The notes beneath the pieces are model-generated. The model worked only from the letters and a program-made list of their open reading frames with translations, ran no database searches and was not told the DNA's origin. From a bacterium (GTDB taxonomy: Bacteria; Electryoneota; JAOADG01): a DNA stretch of 64,000 nt. The DNA lies in contig OY820579.1 of the NCBI GenBank assembly GCA_963681965.1, positions 128,001 to 192,000 on the forward strand, written 5' to 3'. Both the position numbers and the translations under genes were made by a program. Positions 15,956 to 26,920 of this stretch are shown in pieces (the first letter of the stretch is position 1; each line of letters begins with the position of its first letter).

Positions 15956-18900
15956 ATGCGAATCGTACGAGTCATCACACTGATTCTCTTTCTGTTTACC
16001 TCTATTGCAGCAGTCGCTCGACCTTGGACACCAGAGGATGATGTCATCCTTGGCATTCCCTCGCCGAATTCGGTTCAGATTCAACTTGTAAGTTCCGATC
16101 ACGGTCATCTGCGTATACTGTTTACCAATCCCGACGTAAAAAAAGAGCAAGTCACTGCGAACAAGCAGGACTGGACCTTATTTACTATGGATGGCGAAAC
16201 GCGCACTTGGGAACAAGGCAAACCGGCAGTGCCAGTTATCTCACGCCCGATTTTGCTTCCGAACAAAGGGAACGTGAAATTACGAGTCGTGTCATCCAAT
16301 TACACCGAATACACGAACATCGATGTCCTACCGCAACAGCATACACCCGAAGAATCGACTGAAGGGTATGTTGAATATCCATTTGCAATGGATAACGATT
16401 TCTACCAGCAAGATCGCTGGTATCCCGAACAAGTCGCCGAATTAGGCGAACCGGCAATCTGCCGTGATGCCCGGACAGCGCTGCTTGCGATCCAGCCGGT
16501 TCAAGTGAATCCCCGCACCCGCACGGTCCGAGTCTATACTTCGATCGAAGTTGAAACTGTTCCGATTGGTGGAACGGGTATCAATGAAATTCTGGATCCG
16601 ATTCAACGTCCCGCACCAGGATTTGCACAATTTTATCGCGATATCATCGGTGCCGACGAACTTGCCGAATTGAATGCAACGGCAATGCCGGGTGCAATGA
16701 TGTTGATCTGCCGACCCGATTCCGGTGTCGTTCAAACACTACGACCTTATGTAGAGTGGCGGAATCGATCGGGTCGAACGACTCAAGTAGTGATGACGAC
16801 CGCAACAACCCCTTCAGCATTACGCGATATCATCCTTAATGCCTACAATACTTGGCCGTCATCGTTAGAATACGTGCAGTTAGTTGGGGATGGTGGTGAA
16901 TCCGGTTCCTATATGCTTCCGAGCTACAGCACTATCGGCTACACGGATCACGATATGGTCCGGCTAGTAGGCAATGACCCCATCGCCGATGTTTTCATCA
17001 GTCGCTGGACTTGCGACAATGCGCAAGATTTAGCTACACAAGTGTATCGCACCTACAATTACGAACGCACTCCGAATATGGGTTCAACTGGTGCAGATAC
17101 GTCCTGGTTTCGACGCGGCTGGGGTTATGCTGGAACGGGTTATAACATGACCTCCAACCCAACCGGTGTTCGATTTTGTTTGGAAATGATGAAAGTACGC
17201 GGTGTACCTCAATCGGGATTGTATTACGCAGAGCATTCCGGTGGAGTCGATGACGCTTTAATTCGCGCAAGAGTCAATCCAGGATTGTTATTCTGGGCGC
17301 ATCGCGCCTCTTACATCGGACAAATCTCTCCCACGAATGTTAGTTCTTTAACCAACACCAATAAGTGTTTTCTCAGTGCGAATATTACTTGCGGAACCGG
17401 TGAATGGTACGGCGCTAGTTCCGGAATTTCCGAAACTCTGATCCGCAACGGGACACCTGCAGCTCCTGCCGGTGCGTTGACTGCGATCTCGACGCAAACC
17501 GGTGGAACGCATCCCGCGCATAACATCTGTACGCTGACCGGTTGTTATTATGGTCTTGGTGTCAAGAATGCACAATATGCTGCAGGTTTGTATTACGAAG
17601 CGAAATTCCAACTCTGGCGTAATTTCTGGGGTTTTGGCGGCGATACGACCCAAGCCAGCAATTTTATTCATTGGAATAATGTAATGGGTGACGTTTCTGT
17701 TCGAATTTGGACTGGAGTACCGCGACGTATTTCTGCCAATATTCCGCAATCGCTTACCCGCGGTCAAAACATTCTTCCCGTAACAATCTATCAGCAGAAT
17801 ACGACTGTACCGATTGAAGGGGCATTGGTTACTGCATACAAAACGAACAGTACCGGATCCATTGAAACATTTGCGCGAATGCGATCGAATGCTTCCGGAC
17901 AGGTTTCGTTGTCACTTTCCAATTTGACCACCGGAAATTTGTACGTAACTGTCGTCGGCGACAAAGTTGGAATGAATTTAGTACCGATTATTGATACTGT
18001 TAGTATCGTTACTTCCGCATCAGATCTAACCTTTTCTGGATACGCCATCGTCGACAATAGCCAAGATGGTCGAGTTGGAAACAGCGATAACAATGCCAAC
18101 CCCGGCGAAACGGTCGATTTGAATATTCGCCTTCAGAATAGTGGAATATCTGCTGCCGTTACCAATATTTCAGCGACATTGGAATCTGGCAATCCGTTCG
18201 CGATCGCTGCACCGACCAGTGTGACCTATCGCAATTTGCCGGCTGGGGATAGTGCATACGGAAATTCGATGTTTCGAATTCGATTGTTGAATGGGTTACT
18301 CGACAACGATATAATTCCACTAACGTTGAATGTTGCCTATGGGGATACCAATCACCGGGCGATTTCGATTATTCTACCAATCAAATCGATGCGACTACAA
18401 TATCTCTCCTCTACTTTATCGCCTACCATAATCAGTGCGGGCGACACTGCATCGATCTGGTTGACGTTCCGAAATATCGGGAATCTCGCAACCAACACCA
18501 CGAATTCTGTGATGTTTGCCTACTCACCTTTGATTTCGATTCTTCAATCCGATGTGGTTTATCCGGCGTTGCCGATCGGCAATAATGTAACGACTCCTCT
18601 AATCCACCCATATAAAATCATCTGCGATGAAGCGCTCTCCGCAGGCTCAGTCGTCACCTTAGGCGTGGTATTCAATGCCGGTGCCGCGAACGACACGTTA
18701 AAATTTGCGATTCGAGTCGGTAGTCGAACGAGTCACGATCCTTGTGGACCCGATGCTTACGGATATATGGCATTCGACGAAAGCGATGTGAACTATCCCG
18801 AACATCCGACTTTCAGTTGGCAGAATATCGAAACTTCCGCGAGAAGGTTGAGTCTGAGCGATCCATCCGAAGGATCGGATCAAACGATGCTGTACCGGTT

Positions 18901-21118
18901 ACCGTTCCGAGCCAAGTATTACGGGCAATTTTACGATACGATCATGATCAATACCAATGCCTGGATGGCATTTGGGGTCTCTCGGGTCTGTGATTCGCTT
19001 ACCAATGGATCATCGATGCAATACGAGAGTAGTTTGTATACGAATTTCCGCAATTGGCGACTACCGGCTCAAGAAGGACCGCGCAACTTAGTCGCAGTCG
19101 GATGGCAAGACTTAGTGATCAGTTCTAGTCCCGATGGTGTATATGCTTACAACGATGTCACTAACGGGTGGTTCGTGATTACTTGGAAGGGATCGAATCT
19201 GAGCCAACCGGGAACGAATAGTGTCCAGCTACTAATAATGGATCCAACCCGATATCCAACTCCTACCGGCGATTGCAAATTATTGATGCAGATCAAGGAT
19301 TTCAGTGGCAATGTTTCGAGCTATCCACCGGATGTGAATTATGCGACCGTTGGTATCGAAGATTCAACCCGAACCCGCGCACTCGAATATGTCTACTGGG
19401 ATAGTCCCAATTCAGGGGCAATTGCGATGCCAAATTCGGCAACAACGAATTTGAATCGCGCGATTTTATTCACTACGCTTGCCTCTGCTGCCAGTGGTAC
19501 TCTTGAAGGCACAGTCACTTATAGTTCGAATAGTCAACCGGTTGCCAACAGCAGTATTTTAGTACTGAATGGTGGGTATTCCGCGATCACCGATTCGAAC
19601 GGTCACTATCAGATCAACAACATTCAGATTGGTACCTGTGCGGTTAGGGTGAGCAAATTTGGTCACAACACCGCTACCTCTCAGGTTACGATCACCCTCA
19701 ATACGGTATCGACATTAAATTTCCAATTAACGAAACCGGAACTGCAGATATCCTTAATGCCACAGGATACAGCACTCCGACCGAATGATTCGCTTTGGGC
19801 AGTGCTAACGCCGCAAAATCAAGATACGACGATGCATGTTTACGTCCGCAATACGGGTAATGGTCCGTTATCGTGCGATATCGAGTTAATTTCCCCTCAA
19901 ACTGTTTCGCTATGGGAGCGTCAATTTAGTTTCGATGCGTCGCAAGTCGTTGGAGGCGATCAACAACTTTCCGGTGTTGAATTCGATGGGAATAACTTCT
20001 GGATTTCAGGCGCGACCAATGGTTACGCTCGCCCCCATAAACTTTACAAGGTCGATCATACCGGGACTCAATTACTGGCAACTTACGATTGTCCGGATCC
20101 AACTAGTCTATTCGGTTGGCGTGATTTAGCTTGGGATGGTCATTATTTATATGGATCTTATACCAATCACATCGACAAGATCGATACTGCGAATGGTCAA
20201 GTCGTCGCCCAGTATCCAATCACTTCAATTTCATTAGCTCGCGGTATAGCAATCGATACTGCGGCAGGAATTATGTATTATGCCGAGCAAAACAGCGCGA
20301 TATACAAAATGCGCTTGTCCGATGGAACGATTACCGGATCGGTAACCTCACCACAAGGGTTATTCGGTTTAGGATGGTTCCCCAGCGATCCCGATGGAAA
20401 ACCGCTATATGCATTTTGCCGGGATTCGTCCTCGCGATCGCGTAATAACCGAATTTTCAAAATCAATCCTACCACCGGCGAAACGATGACAGCCGTCCGT
20501 ATTGGTTCAACACTTGAAAATGCAATGGGTTTAGCCATTACCCCGCGCTGGAATCCCATGACTTGGTCAGTAATCGGATTGCTCGACACACCATCGGGTA
20601 ACGATCATATCACGATCAATCAGTTGTCAGTCAATTTGACCTGGGTTAATTATTCACCGTCAACTCTGACATTACCCCCCAATAGTGCCGATAGTATTCG
20701 GGTTTCTCTAACTAGTCGATCACTACCGCTTTATCGGTACGCCGTGGCACTCCGGTTCACAACCAATGCGGTCACTCAGGTCGTTACGATTCCGGTAGTT
20801 ATGCTGATGGAAGACTCTCTCCAAGTGCAGTCGAATGAACGGATTATTCCCAAGAATTACAGTTTGGAACAGAATTATCCGAATCCATTCAATCCGATCA
20901 CCACGATTTCGTTTACTTTACCCCGAACGTCAAAAGTAAATCTGTCGATTTACAATGAATTAGGGCAGGAGATTGCGAGATTGTTAAGCGATCGATCACT
21001 GCATGCGGGAAAACACACCATTCAATTTGACGGCAGTCGGTTGGCGACTGGAATTTACTTCTACCAAATCGAAGCGGGATCCTTCATTTCCACACGAAAG
21101 ATGGCTTTGATTAAATAG
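15956..21118 (+). CDS. Secreted gingipain/peptidase C25-like multidomain protein with T9SS-type CTD (paralog 1)
   Basis: GGGAGG RBS and signal peptide 'MRIVRVITL'; C25 propeptide ('GKPAVPVISR'), 'YVQLVGD', 'NITCGTG', 'GPDAYGY', carboxypeptidase-regulatory-like Ig domain, propeller, 'QNYPNPFNP...KMALIK'. Confidence 0.82.
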   Translation: MRIVRVITLILFLFTSIAAVARPWTPEDDVILGIPSPNSVQIQLVSSDHGHLRILFTNPDVKKEQVTANKQDWTLFTMDGETRTWEQGKPAVPVISRPILLPNKGNVKLRVVSSNYTEYTNIDVLPQQHTPEESTEGYVEYPFAMDNDFYQQDRWYPEQVAELGEPAICRDARTALLAIQPVQVNPRTRTVRVYTSIEVETVPIGGTGINEILDPIQRPAPGFAQFYRDIIGADELAELNATAMPGAMMLICRPDSGVVQTLRPYVEWRNRSGRTTQVVMTTATTPSALRDIILNAYNTWPSSLEYVQLVGDGGESGSYMLPSYSTIGYTDHDMVRLVGNDPIADVFISRWTCDNAQDLATQVYRTYNYERTPNMGSTGADTSWFRRGWGYAGTGYNMTSNPTGVRFCLEMMKVRGVPQSGLYYAEHSGGVDDALIRARVNPGLLFWAHRASYIGQISPTNVSSLTNTNKCFLSANITCGTGEWYGASSGISETLIRNGTPAAPAGALTAISTQTGGTHPAHNICTLTGCYYGLGVKNAQYAAGLYYEAKFQLWRNFWGFGGDTTQASNFIHWNNVMGDVSVRIWTGVPRRISANIPQSLTRGQNILPVTIYQQNTTVPIEGALVTAYKTNSTGSIETFARMRSNASGQVSLSLSNLTTGNLYVTVVGDKVGMNLVPIIDTVSIVTSASDLTFSGYAIVDNSQDGRVGNSDNNANPGETVDLNIRLQNSGISAAVTNISATLESGNPFAIAAPTSVTYRNLPAGDSAYGNSMFRIRLLNGLLDNDIIPLTLNVAYGDTNHRAISIILPIKSMRLQYLSSTLSPTIISAGDTASIWLTFRNIGNLATNTTNSVMFAYSPLISILQSDVVYPALPIGNNVTTPLIHPYKIICDEALSAGSVVTLGVVFNAGAANDTLKFAIRVGSRTSHDPCGPDAYGYMAFDESDVNYPEHPTFSWQNIETSARRLSLSDPSEGSDQTMLYRLPFRAKYYGQFYDTIMINTNAWMAFGVSRVCDSLTNGSSMQYESSLYTNFRNWRLPAQEGPRNLVAVGWQDLVISSSPDGVYAYNDVTNGWFVITWKGSNLSQPGTNSVQLLIMDPTRYPTPTGDCKLLMQIKDFSGNVSSYPPDVNYATVGIEDSTRTRALEYVYWDSPNSGAIAMPNSATTNLNRAILFTTLASAASGTLEGTVTYSSNSQPVANSSILVLNGGYSAITDSNGHYQINNIQIGTCAVRVSKFGHNTATSQVTITLNTVSTLNFQLTKPELQISLMPQDTALRPNDSLWAVLTPQNQDTTMHVYVRNTGNGPLSCDIELISPQTVSLWERQFSFDASQVVGGDQQLSGVEFDGNNFWISGATNGYARPHKLYKVDHTGTQLLATYDCPDPTSLFGWRDLAWDGHYLYGSYTNHIDKIDTANGQVVAQYPITSISLARGIAIDTAAGIMYYAEQNSAIYKMRLSDGTITGSVTSPQGLFGLGWFPSDPDGKPLYAFCRDSSSRSRNNRIFKINPTTGETMTAVRIGSTLENAMGLAITPRWNPMTWSVIGLLDTPSGNDHITINQLSVNLTWVNYSPSTLTLPPNSADSIRVSLTSRSLPLYRYAVALRFTTNAVTQVVTIPVVMLMEDSLQVQSNERIIPKNYSLEQNYPNPFNPITTISFTLPRTSKVNLSIYNELGQEIARLLSDRSLHAGKHTIQFDGSRLATGIYFYQIEAGSFISTRKMALIK

Positions 21119-21160
21119 TTATTTATTATGAATGTATACACCAATTCAAGTAGAATCGTC

Positions 21161-21192
21161 AAACGGGGCAAGTCTTGCCCCGTTTTTCTTTT
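21161..21192 (+). terminator. Intrinsic terminator
   Basis: AAACGGGGCAAG-T-CTTGCCCCGTTTTTCTTTT. Confidence 0.8.
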
Positions 21193-21638
21193 CGGCGTAT
21201 CGGTATAATAGTCTAATTAGGGTCCTAAGAGGTGTGATGTATGCAAACGAGTTTTCAATATCTTGGCTAAAGCCCAATGAAATCCATATTTTCCCAAAAC
21301 CGGTAGATATCAAACAATAGAGTCATACATAGAAATTGAATTTCAATCTTACTATTTCACGAGGAGCGACCAAAAAACGGTTTTTTTTTGCGAAAGGATG
21401 TATTATTGTTGTTTGAGTTCTTATCTTGTGCCTGTTTGAATAATAGTTCAATTTTCGACAGTGACTTGAGTGATTGCGTAACGAACAGGATTATCAGCTA
21501 CAATATTCGAATTCGGTTTTATTTAATTAAAATCGATTACAACTTTTTTCCAGTTCCGTTATTATACGAGACCTCAAGTACGATTACATGATCGGGAAGT
21601 TGTAACTAGCTATCTCGCTTTGCATCTGGAGGTAAAAA

Positions 21639-24600
21639 ATGAATATTCGTTTTTGTTTGTTGTTCGCTATCGTCCTGCTTTTCGCCTCGATCGCGATTTC
21701 CCGCGATTGGACTCCTGCCGACGACGATATTCTCGGTGTACCGAATCCCAATACGGTTCAAATCCAAGTTGAGAAACTCGGTAGTGGTCACCTTCGATTG
21801 ACCTTCTCCAATCCCGAAGTAAAATTCGAACAGGTCACTGCCGACAAGCGTGACTGGACTTGGATCAATCTCGAAGGCGAAACCCGCAATTGGACGATTG
21901 GTAAGCCATCGGTTCCATCGATCGCGCGACCGGTTTTATTCCCCAATACCGGTAATGTGGATGTTCGGGTAGTATCGTCGCAGTATGTCGAATTCAAAGA
22001 CATGACCGTACTGCCACAACAACCCTATCCGAAAGAGACGAAAGACGGCTACGAGAATTTCCCGTTTACGATCGACAACGATTGCTATACTGCTGATAAA
22101 TGGTTTCCCGAAGAGCTATACCAGATCAGCCAACCGCAAATCCTTCGCGATGCGCGTATGGGTTTGCTGAGCGTTCAACCGGTTTCGGTGAATCCAGCGA
22201 CTCACACTGTTCGGGTTTATACCTCGATCGTGCTCGAAGTCGTTCCCACTGGCGGAATTGGCGAAAACGAATTGCTCACGAATACACCTCATCCATCGCC
22301 GGCATTTGCACAATTCTACCGCGACATCCTTGGCGCCGACGAATTGACTGAAGCAAACGCGACAGCACTTCCGGGACAGATGATCATTTACTGTCGAGCC
22401 GGTGCGGTAGCGACGATTCAACCCTACGTTAACTGGCGCTATCGTAGCGGTCGACCAACGCGGATCGACACGACAACTGCGACAAGTGAAGCGACGGTAT
22501 TTACGCGAATTCAAACCGCGTACAATTCCACAGCAGGCGTTGAAATGATTATTGTCGTAGGTGACGGTGGTACTTCTGCCGACGACTATACTTTCCCATC
22601 GTATTCGGTAAGCGGCGCTTATACCGATCATTCCTACGTCTGCTTGGCAGGTAACGATATCGTTGCCGATGCATTTATCAGTCGATGGAGTGCGACCACA
22701 GTCCAAGAGTTGGCAACGATGGTCAACCGCACGCTCAATTATGAGCGAACCCCGAACATGACCGACACGACTTGGTTCCGTCGCGGTTGGGGCTATGCCG
22801 GAGTTGCTCATAATATCATTTCGAATCGCACATGCGTCTGGTTCTGCATGTCGATGATGTCTGCACGCGGTGTTCCTGCGGGAAACATCAACTACGATGA
22901 GCACACCGGTTCTACCGGCAGCGCTCAATTCAATCTCCGCGGTAATCCGGGTATGTTATTCCAAGCACACCGCGCAGCTTATGTCGGAGAAATGTATCCA
23001 ACCGATGTTGCCGGCGTTACTACAAATGTGAATAAATGTTTCGTGACACTGAATATTACCTGTAGCAGCGGCAACTGGTATGGCGCCAGCTCGACCGGTA
23101 TTCACGAACAATGGATTCGCAATGGTACTCCGACCGCACCAGCAGGGGCATTAGCCGCGATGTCGACTTACACATCGTCGACTCACCCCTCGGCAAACAA
23201 TTGTATCGCGGCTGGTACGTATTATGGTCTTGGCGTGAAAAATGCGCGTCAACCCGCTGGCATGTTCTTCGAAGGGAAGTATCACCTGTGGCGAGACTTG
23301 TGGATTGGTCGTCAAGTCGATGCGACCAACTTCACCAATTGGAACAGTGTAATGGGTGATATCTCGGTCAATTTGTGGACTGGTGTTCCCCGGGCATTGA
23401 CGGCAAATATTCCGCAGCAAATTTCGCTTGGTCAAAACAATTTGACGTTGCGAGTCACCCGTCAAGCTGGTGGTGCACCGGTTTCAAATGCTTTGGTCAC
23501 AGTCTTGAAACAAAACACTTCGGGTCTGAACGAAACCTTCAATCGCGGCGTTACCGATGCCACCGGCACAGTAATTCTCCCGCTGACGAATAGTACAATC
23601 GGTAATTTGTACGTTACAGTTATTGGCAATAAAGTTGGCGACAACTTTATTCCGATTATCGATACCGTCGCCGTTGTGACTACCCCATCCGATGTAGTCA
23701 TTGCCCGATATTCAGTAACCGATGACACCAGCAATGGGCGAATTGGCAACAGCAACAGTCACGCCAATCCCGGTGAAACTGTCGACTTAAATATTCGGTT
23801 GACGAATCGCGGAACCACCGGAACAGTTTCGGGTATCAGTGCGACGATGACCTCGACCGACGACCGCGTCATCGTCAACAGCACACAAACCTATACCGAT
23901 TTGGCACCCTCCGACAGCGCGTACGGTGCTGGACAATTTCGTGTTCAGTTACTCGCCGGCTTGCGCAATGGCGATCAGATTCCGTTACGATTGCGAGTCA
24001 CTGCCACCGACACAAATCAGAATCGGGATCTCATTCTGATGCTGCCGATCGAGTCGATCCAAATGACTTTTATTTCGCGTACTTTGTCGCCCACTACGTT
24101 CAATCCCGGAACGACTTCCAATCTATCGATCACGGTTCGTAACAACGGATTGCTGGCTCCGCAAAATACCGATGTACGCATTTTCTCGCTATCTCCGTTC
24201 GTGACTATTGGAACTCCGAATGTGAGTTTCCCGACACTACCGATCGGTCAGAATGTTTCCAATCCAGCGAATCAAAATTTCCGGATTACCTCAAATACCC
24301 GTACGATTCCCGGTACCGATATTACACTTGGTGCGGCTTTCACCAACGGTGCTGTCCACGATACGCTGTATTTTACGGTTACTTCCGGCACACGTGCGAG
24401 TTCGGATCCCACCGGTCCGGATACATACGGCTATCTCGCATACGACGATACCGACACACGATATGAAATGGTCCCCACCTACAGTTGGATCAACAATGTT
24501 ACTCCGGCAAATCGGCTGAACATGACCGATGCCTCCGATGGAACCGATGCTTCGGTGTTAATTCGGTTACCTTTCCGCGCACGGTATTACGGTGCCGATT

Positions 24601-26789
24601 TCGATACAATCACGGTTTGTACGAATGGTTGGTTTTCTTATGGACCCGCGCGGGTTGTCGATGCACAGGGACAAGTTCATCTGATGTTCCATGCCCGGCA
24701 CTGGCCGCTACCAACTACCGATGGACCGAAGAATTTGGTCGCTGTCGATTGGCAAGATCTCTATATTCCTGCCGGACCAACTGGTGGTGTTTATACCAGT
24801 TACGATGCTCTCAATGGCTGGTATGTGATCACTTGGATTGGTACAGCCATGGTTGAAATGGGATCGGGTGCCAACGAATTTCAGGCGATTATCTACGATC
24901 CCGCTCGCTGGCCAGTTCCATCGGGTGACTGCGTGATGAAATTCCAATACAAGACACGCAACGGCGGCAATGGCGATGCCTATCCGTATGAGGTTGGTTA
25001 TACAACAATCGGTATCAGTGATTCGACCTATACGAAAGCATTACAATATTTCTACTGGCAGACATGGTCGGCGGGCGCTTCACCGCTTGCCACCGGATCG
25101 AATGTCAATCGCGCAGTCGTATTTACTACTTCACAGAATTTCATCAACGGTACTTTAGTTGGAACCGTCACGAAATCCTCCGACGGATCTCCGTTAGCCG
25201 GCGTTACCGTCTCGGCAGTGGAAAGCCGGAAGAGCGCCATCACCGATTCAGTAGGGCATTACCGGATTAGTGAAATTCAGATCGGCAGCTATCATTTCAT
25301 CGCTAGCAAGAACGGATATAATTCGGCGACCGATACAGTTACGATTCGCGAAGACCAAACTTCAACGGTTAATTTCTCATTGACCGCACCGAAGTTGCAG
25401 ATCGCGATCCATCCGGGCGATACGACGCTGGCTCCGCGCGACTCGTTGTATGCTCGTCTTACCACCCGTGGTCAAGACACGACGATGCATATTTACATGC
25501 GCAACACCGGAAACGGTCCGATGACTTGGAATGCGGCGATGTCATATTCGGGATCCACCGACGAAGTCGATACGCTTTGGAATACTCTACGAATGATTGA
25601 CGCCTCGACACTGGTGGGCGGCGATCCAATTCTCAGCGGCATCGAATTCGACGGGGAGCATTTCTGGATTACCGGTGCAACCACTGGTTATGCGCGACCC
25701 CACAAGTTGTACAAAGTCGATCGCAATTTCACTCAATTACTTGCCACATACGATTGTCCCGACCAGACCGGATTAATCGGATGGCGCGACTTGGCATTCG
25801 ACGGACGTTATTTGTATGCTTCCTACAGTAACTTTATCGACAAGATCGATACAGCAGATGGCAGCGTTGTTAGTCGAATTCCAATCACGACCATTTCAGT
25901 CGCCCGTGCGATGGCGGTCGATACTGTTGCCGGGGTTCTATATTATGCCGACCAAGCCAGTGCAATTTACAAACTGCGTCTTTCCGACAATACGGTAATC
26001 GGTTCTGTAACCTCTCCGCTTGGTTTGTTCGGTTTAGCCTGGTATCCGGCTGATCCAGACGGCATGCAATTGTATGCATTCAGTCGCGATCAATCGGGTC
26101 GAACTCGAGGCACGAGAATCATCAAGATCAATCCCACTACCGGCGCGTCATCATCGTTGATAACGCTGGGTTCGGCTACCGAAAATGCCAATGGTCTAAC
26201 GATCACTTGCCGGTGGAACCCAATGTTCTGGACAGTGGTTGCGATGCTTGAAAATCCCTCAGGCACCGATCATATCGGTTTATTCGAATTGACCGCCAAT
26301 CTAACTTGGATCAATTACGGACCGACCTCGGGAACTCTTGCAGCGGGACAAGCCGATACCGTCGACATCCATGTATCCAGTACTCATATGCCTGCGTTCC
26401 GATATTCGGTAGCGATGAATGTCACGACCAATACCGAGACGGCATTGATATCATTGCCTGTTGTTATGGATGTTGTTGTTCCCGATTCGACTAGCGTTCA
26501 ATTGAATTCACAATCGCTACCAATGCGCTATTCAATGGAACAAAATTATCCCAATCCATTCAATCCGATCACGTCGATCACCTTTGCGTTGCCACGAACC
26601 TCGAAAGTGAAAATGACGATATTGAATGAATTGGGTCAAGAAGTGACGCGATTGATCGCAAACGAAACTCTGCAAGCAGGTACTCATTCCGTGACCTTCA
26701 ACGGGAGTAAATTGGCGACTGGTATTTATTTCTACCGGATCGAAGCAGGTAGTTTCGTATCGACCAAGAAGATGGTTCTACTGAAGTAA
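21639..26789 (+). CDS. Secreted gingipain/peptidase C25-like multidomain protein with T9SS-type CTD (paralog 2, tandem duplicate)
   Basis: Colinear and visibly similar to 15956-21118 over its whole length; GGAGG RBS, signal peptide, 'QNYPNPFNP...KMVLLK'. Confidence 0.82.
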   Translation: MNIRFCLLFAIVLLFASIAISRDWTPADDDILGVPNPNTVQIQVEKLGSGHLRLTFSNPEVKFEQVTADKRDWTWINLEGETRNWTIGKPSVPSIARPVLFPNTGNVDVRVVSSQYVEFKDMTVLPQQPYPKETKDGYENFPFTIDNDCYTADKWFPEELYQISQPQILRDARMGLLSVQPVSVNPATHTVRVYTSIVLEVVPTGGIGENELLTNTPHPSPAFAQFYRDILGADELTEANATALPGQMIIYCRAGAVATIQPYVNWRYRSGRPTRIDTTTATSEATVFTRIQTAYNSTAGVEMIIVVGDGGTSADDYTFPSYSVSGAYTDHSYVCLAGNDIVADAFISRWSATTVQELATMVNRTLNYERTPNMTDTTWFRRGWGYAGVAHNIISNRTCVWFCMSMMSARGVPAGNINYDEHTGSTGSAQFNLRGNPGMLFQAHRAAYVGEMYPTDVAGVTTNVNKCFVTLNITCSSGNWYGASSTGIHEQWIRNGTPTAPAGALAAMSTYTSSTHPSANNCIAAGTYYGLGVKNARQPAGMFFEGKYHLWRDLWIGRQVDATNFTNWNSVMGDISVNLWTGVPRALTANIPQQISLGQNNLTLRVTRQAGGAPVSNALVTVLKQNTSGLNETFNRGVTDATGTVILPLTNSTIGNLYVTVIGNKVGDNFIPIIDTVAVVTTPSDVVIARYSVTDDTSNGRIGNSNSHANPGETVDLNIRLTNRGTTGTVSGISATMTSTDDRVIVNSTQTYTDLAPSDSAYGAGQFRVQLLAGLRNGDQIPLRLRVTATDTNQNRDLILMLPIESIQMTFISRTLSPTTFNPGTTSNLSITVRNNGLLAPQNTDVRIFSLSPFVTIGTPNVSFPTLPIGQNVSNPANQNFRITSNTRTIPGTDITLGAAFTNGAVHDTLYFTVTSGTRASSDPTGPDTYGYLAYDDTDTRYEMVPTYSWINNVTPANRLNMTDASDGTDASVLIRLPFRARYYGADFDTITVCTNGWFSYGPARVVDAQGQVHLMFHARHWPLPTTDGPKNLVAVDWQDLYIPAGPTGGVYTSYDALNGWYVITWIGTAMVEMGSGANEFQAIIYDPARWPVPSGDCVMKFQYKTRNGGNGDAYPYEVGYTTIGISDSTYTKALQYFYWQTWSAGASPLATGSNVNRAVVFTTSQNFINGTLVGTVTKSSDGSPLAGVTVSAVESRKSAITDSVGHYRISEIQIGSYHFIASKNGYNSATDTVTIREDQTSTVNFSLTAPKLQIAIHPGDTTLAPRDSLYARLTTRGQDTTMHIYMRNTGNGPMTWNAAMSYSGSTDEVDTLWNTLRMIDASTLVGGDPILSGIEFDGEHFWITGATTGYARPHKLYKVDRNFTQLLATYDCPDQTGLIGWRDLAFDGRYLYASYSNFIDKIDTADGSVVSRIPITTISVARAMAVDTVAGVLYYADQASAIYKLRLSDNTVIGSVTSPLGLFGLAWYPADPDGMQLYAFSRDQSGRTRGTRIIKINPTTGASSSLITLGSATENANGLTITCRWNPMFWTVVAMLENPSGTDHIGLFELTANLTWINYGPTSGTLAAGQADTVDIHVSSTHMPAFRYSVAMNVTTNTETALISLPVVMDVVVPDSTSVQLNSQSLPMRYSMEQNYPNPFNPITSITFALPRTSKVKMTILNELGQEVTRLIANETLQAGTHSVTFNGSKLATGIYFYRIEAGSFVSTKKMVLLK

Positions 26790-26804
26790 ATTGTTCATCA
26801 AGCG

Positions 26805-26839
26805 AAAAACGGGGCACGAATTGTGTCCCGTTTTTTTTT
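26805..26839 (+). terminator. Intrinsic terminator
   Basis: AAAAACGGGGCAC-GAATT-GTGTCCCGTTTTTTTTT. Confidence 0.85.
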
Positions 26840-26920
26840 GCATTATTTCGCGACATATTTATATTTCCATTCCAATTGCCAGATCTTTATTGTATATTAT
26901 GAAAATAATTTTGGTACGAT

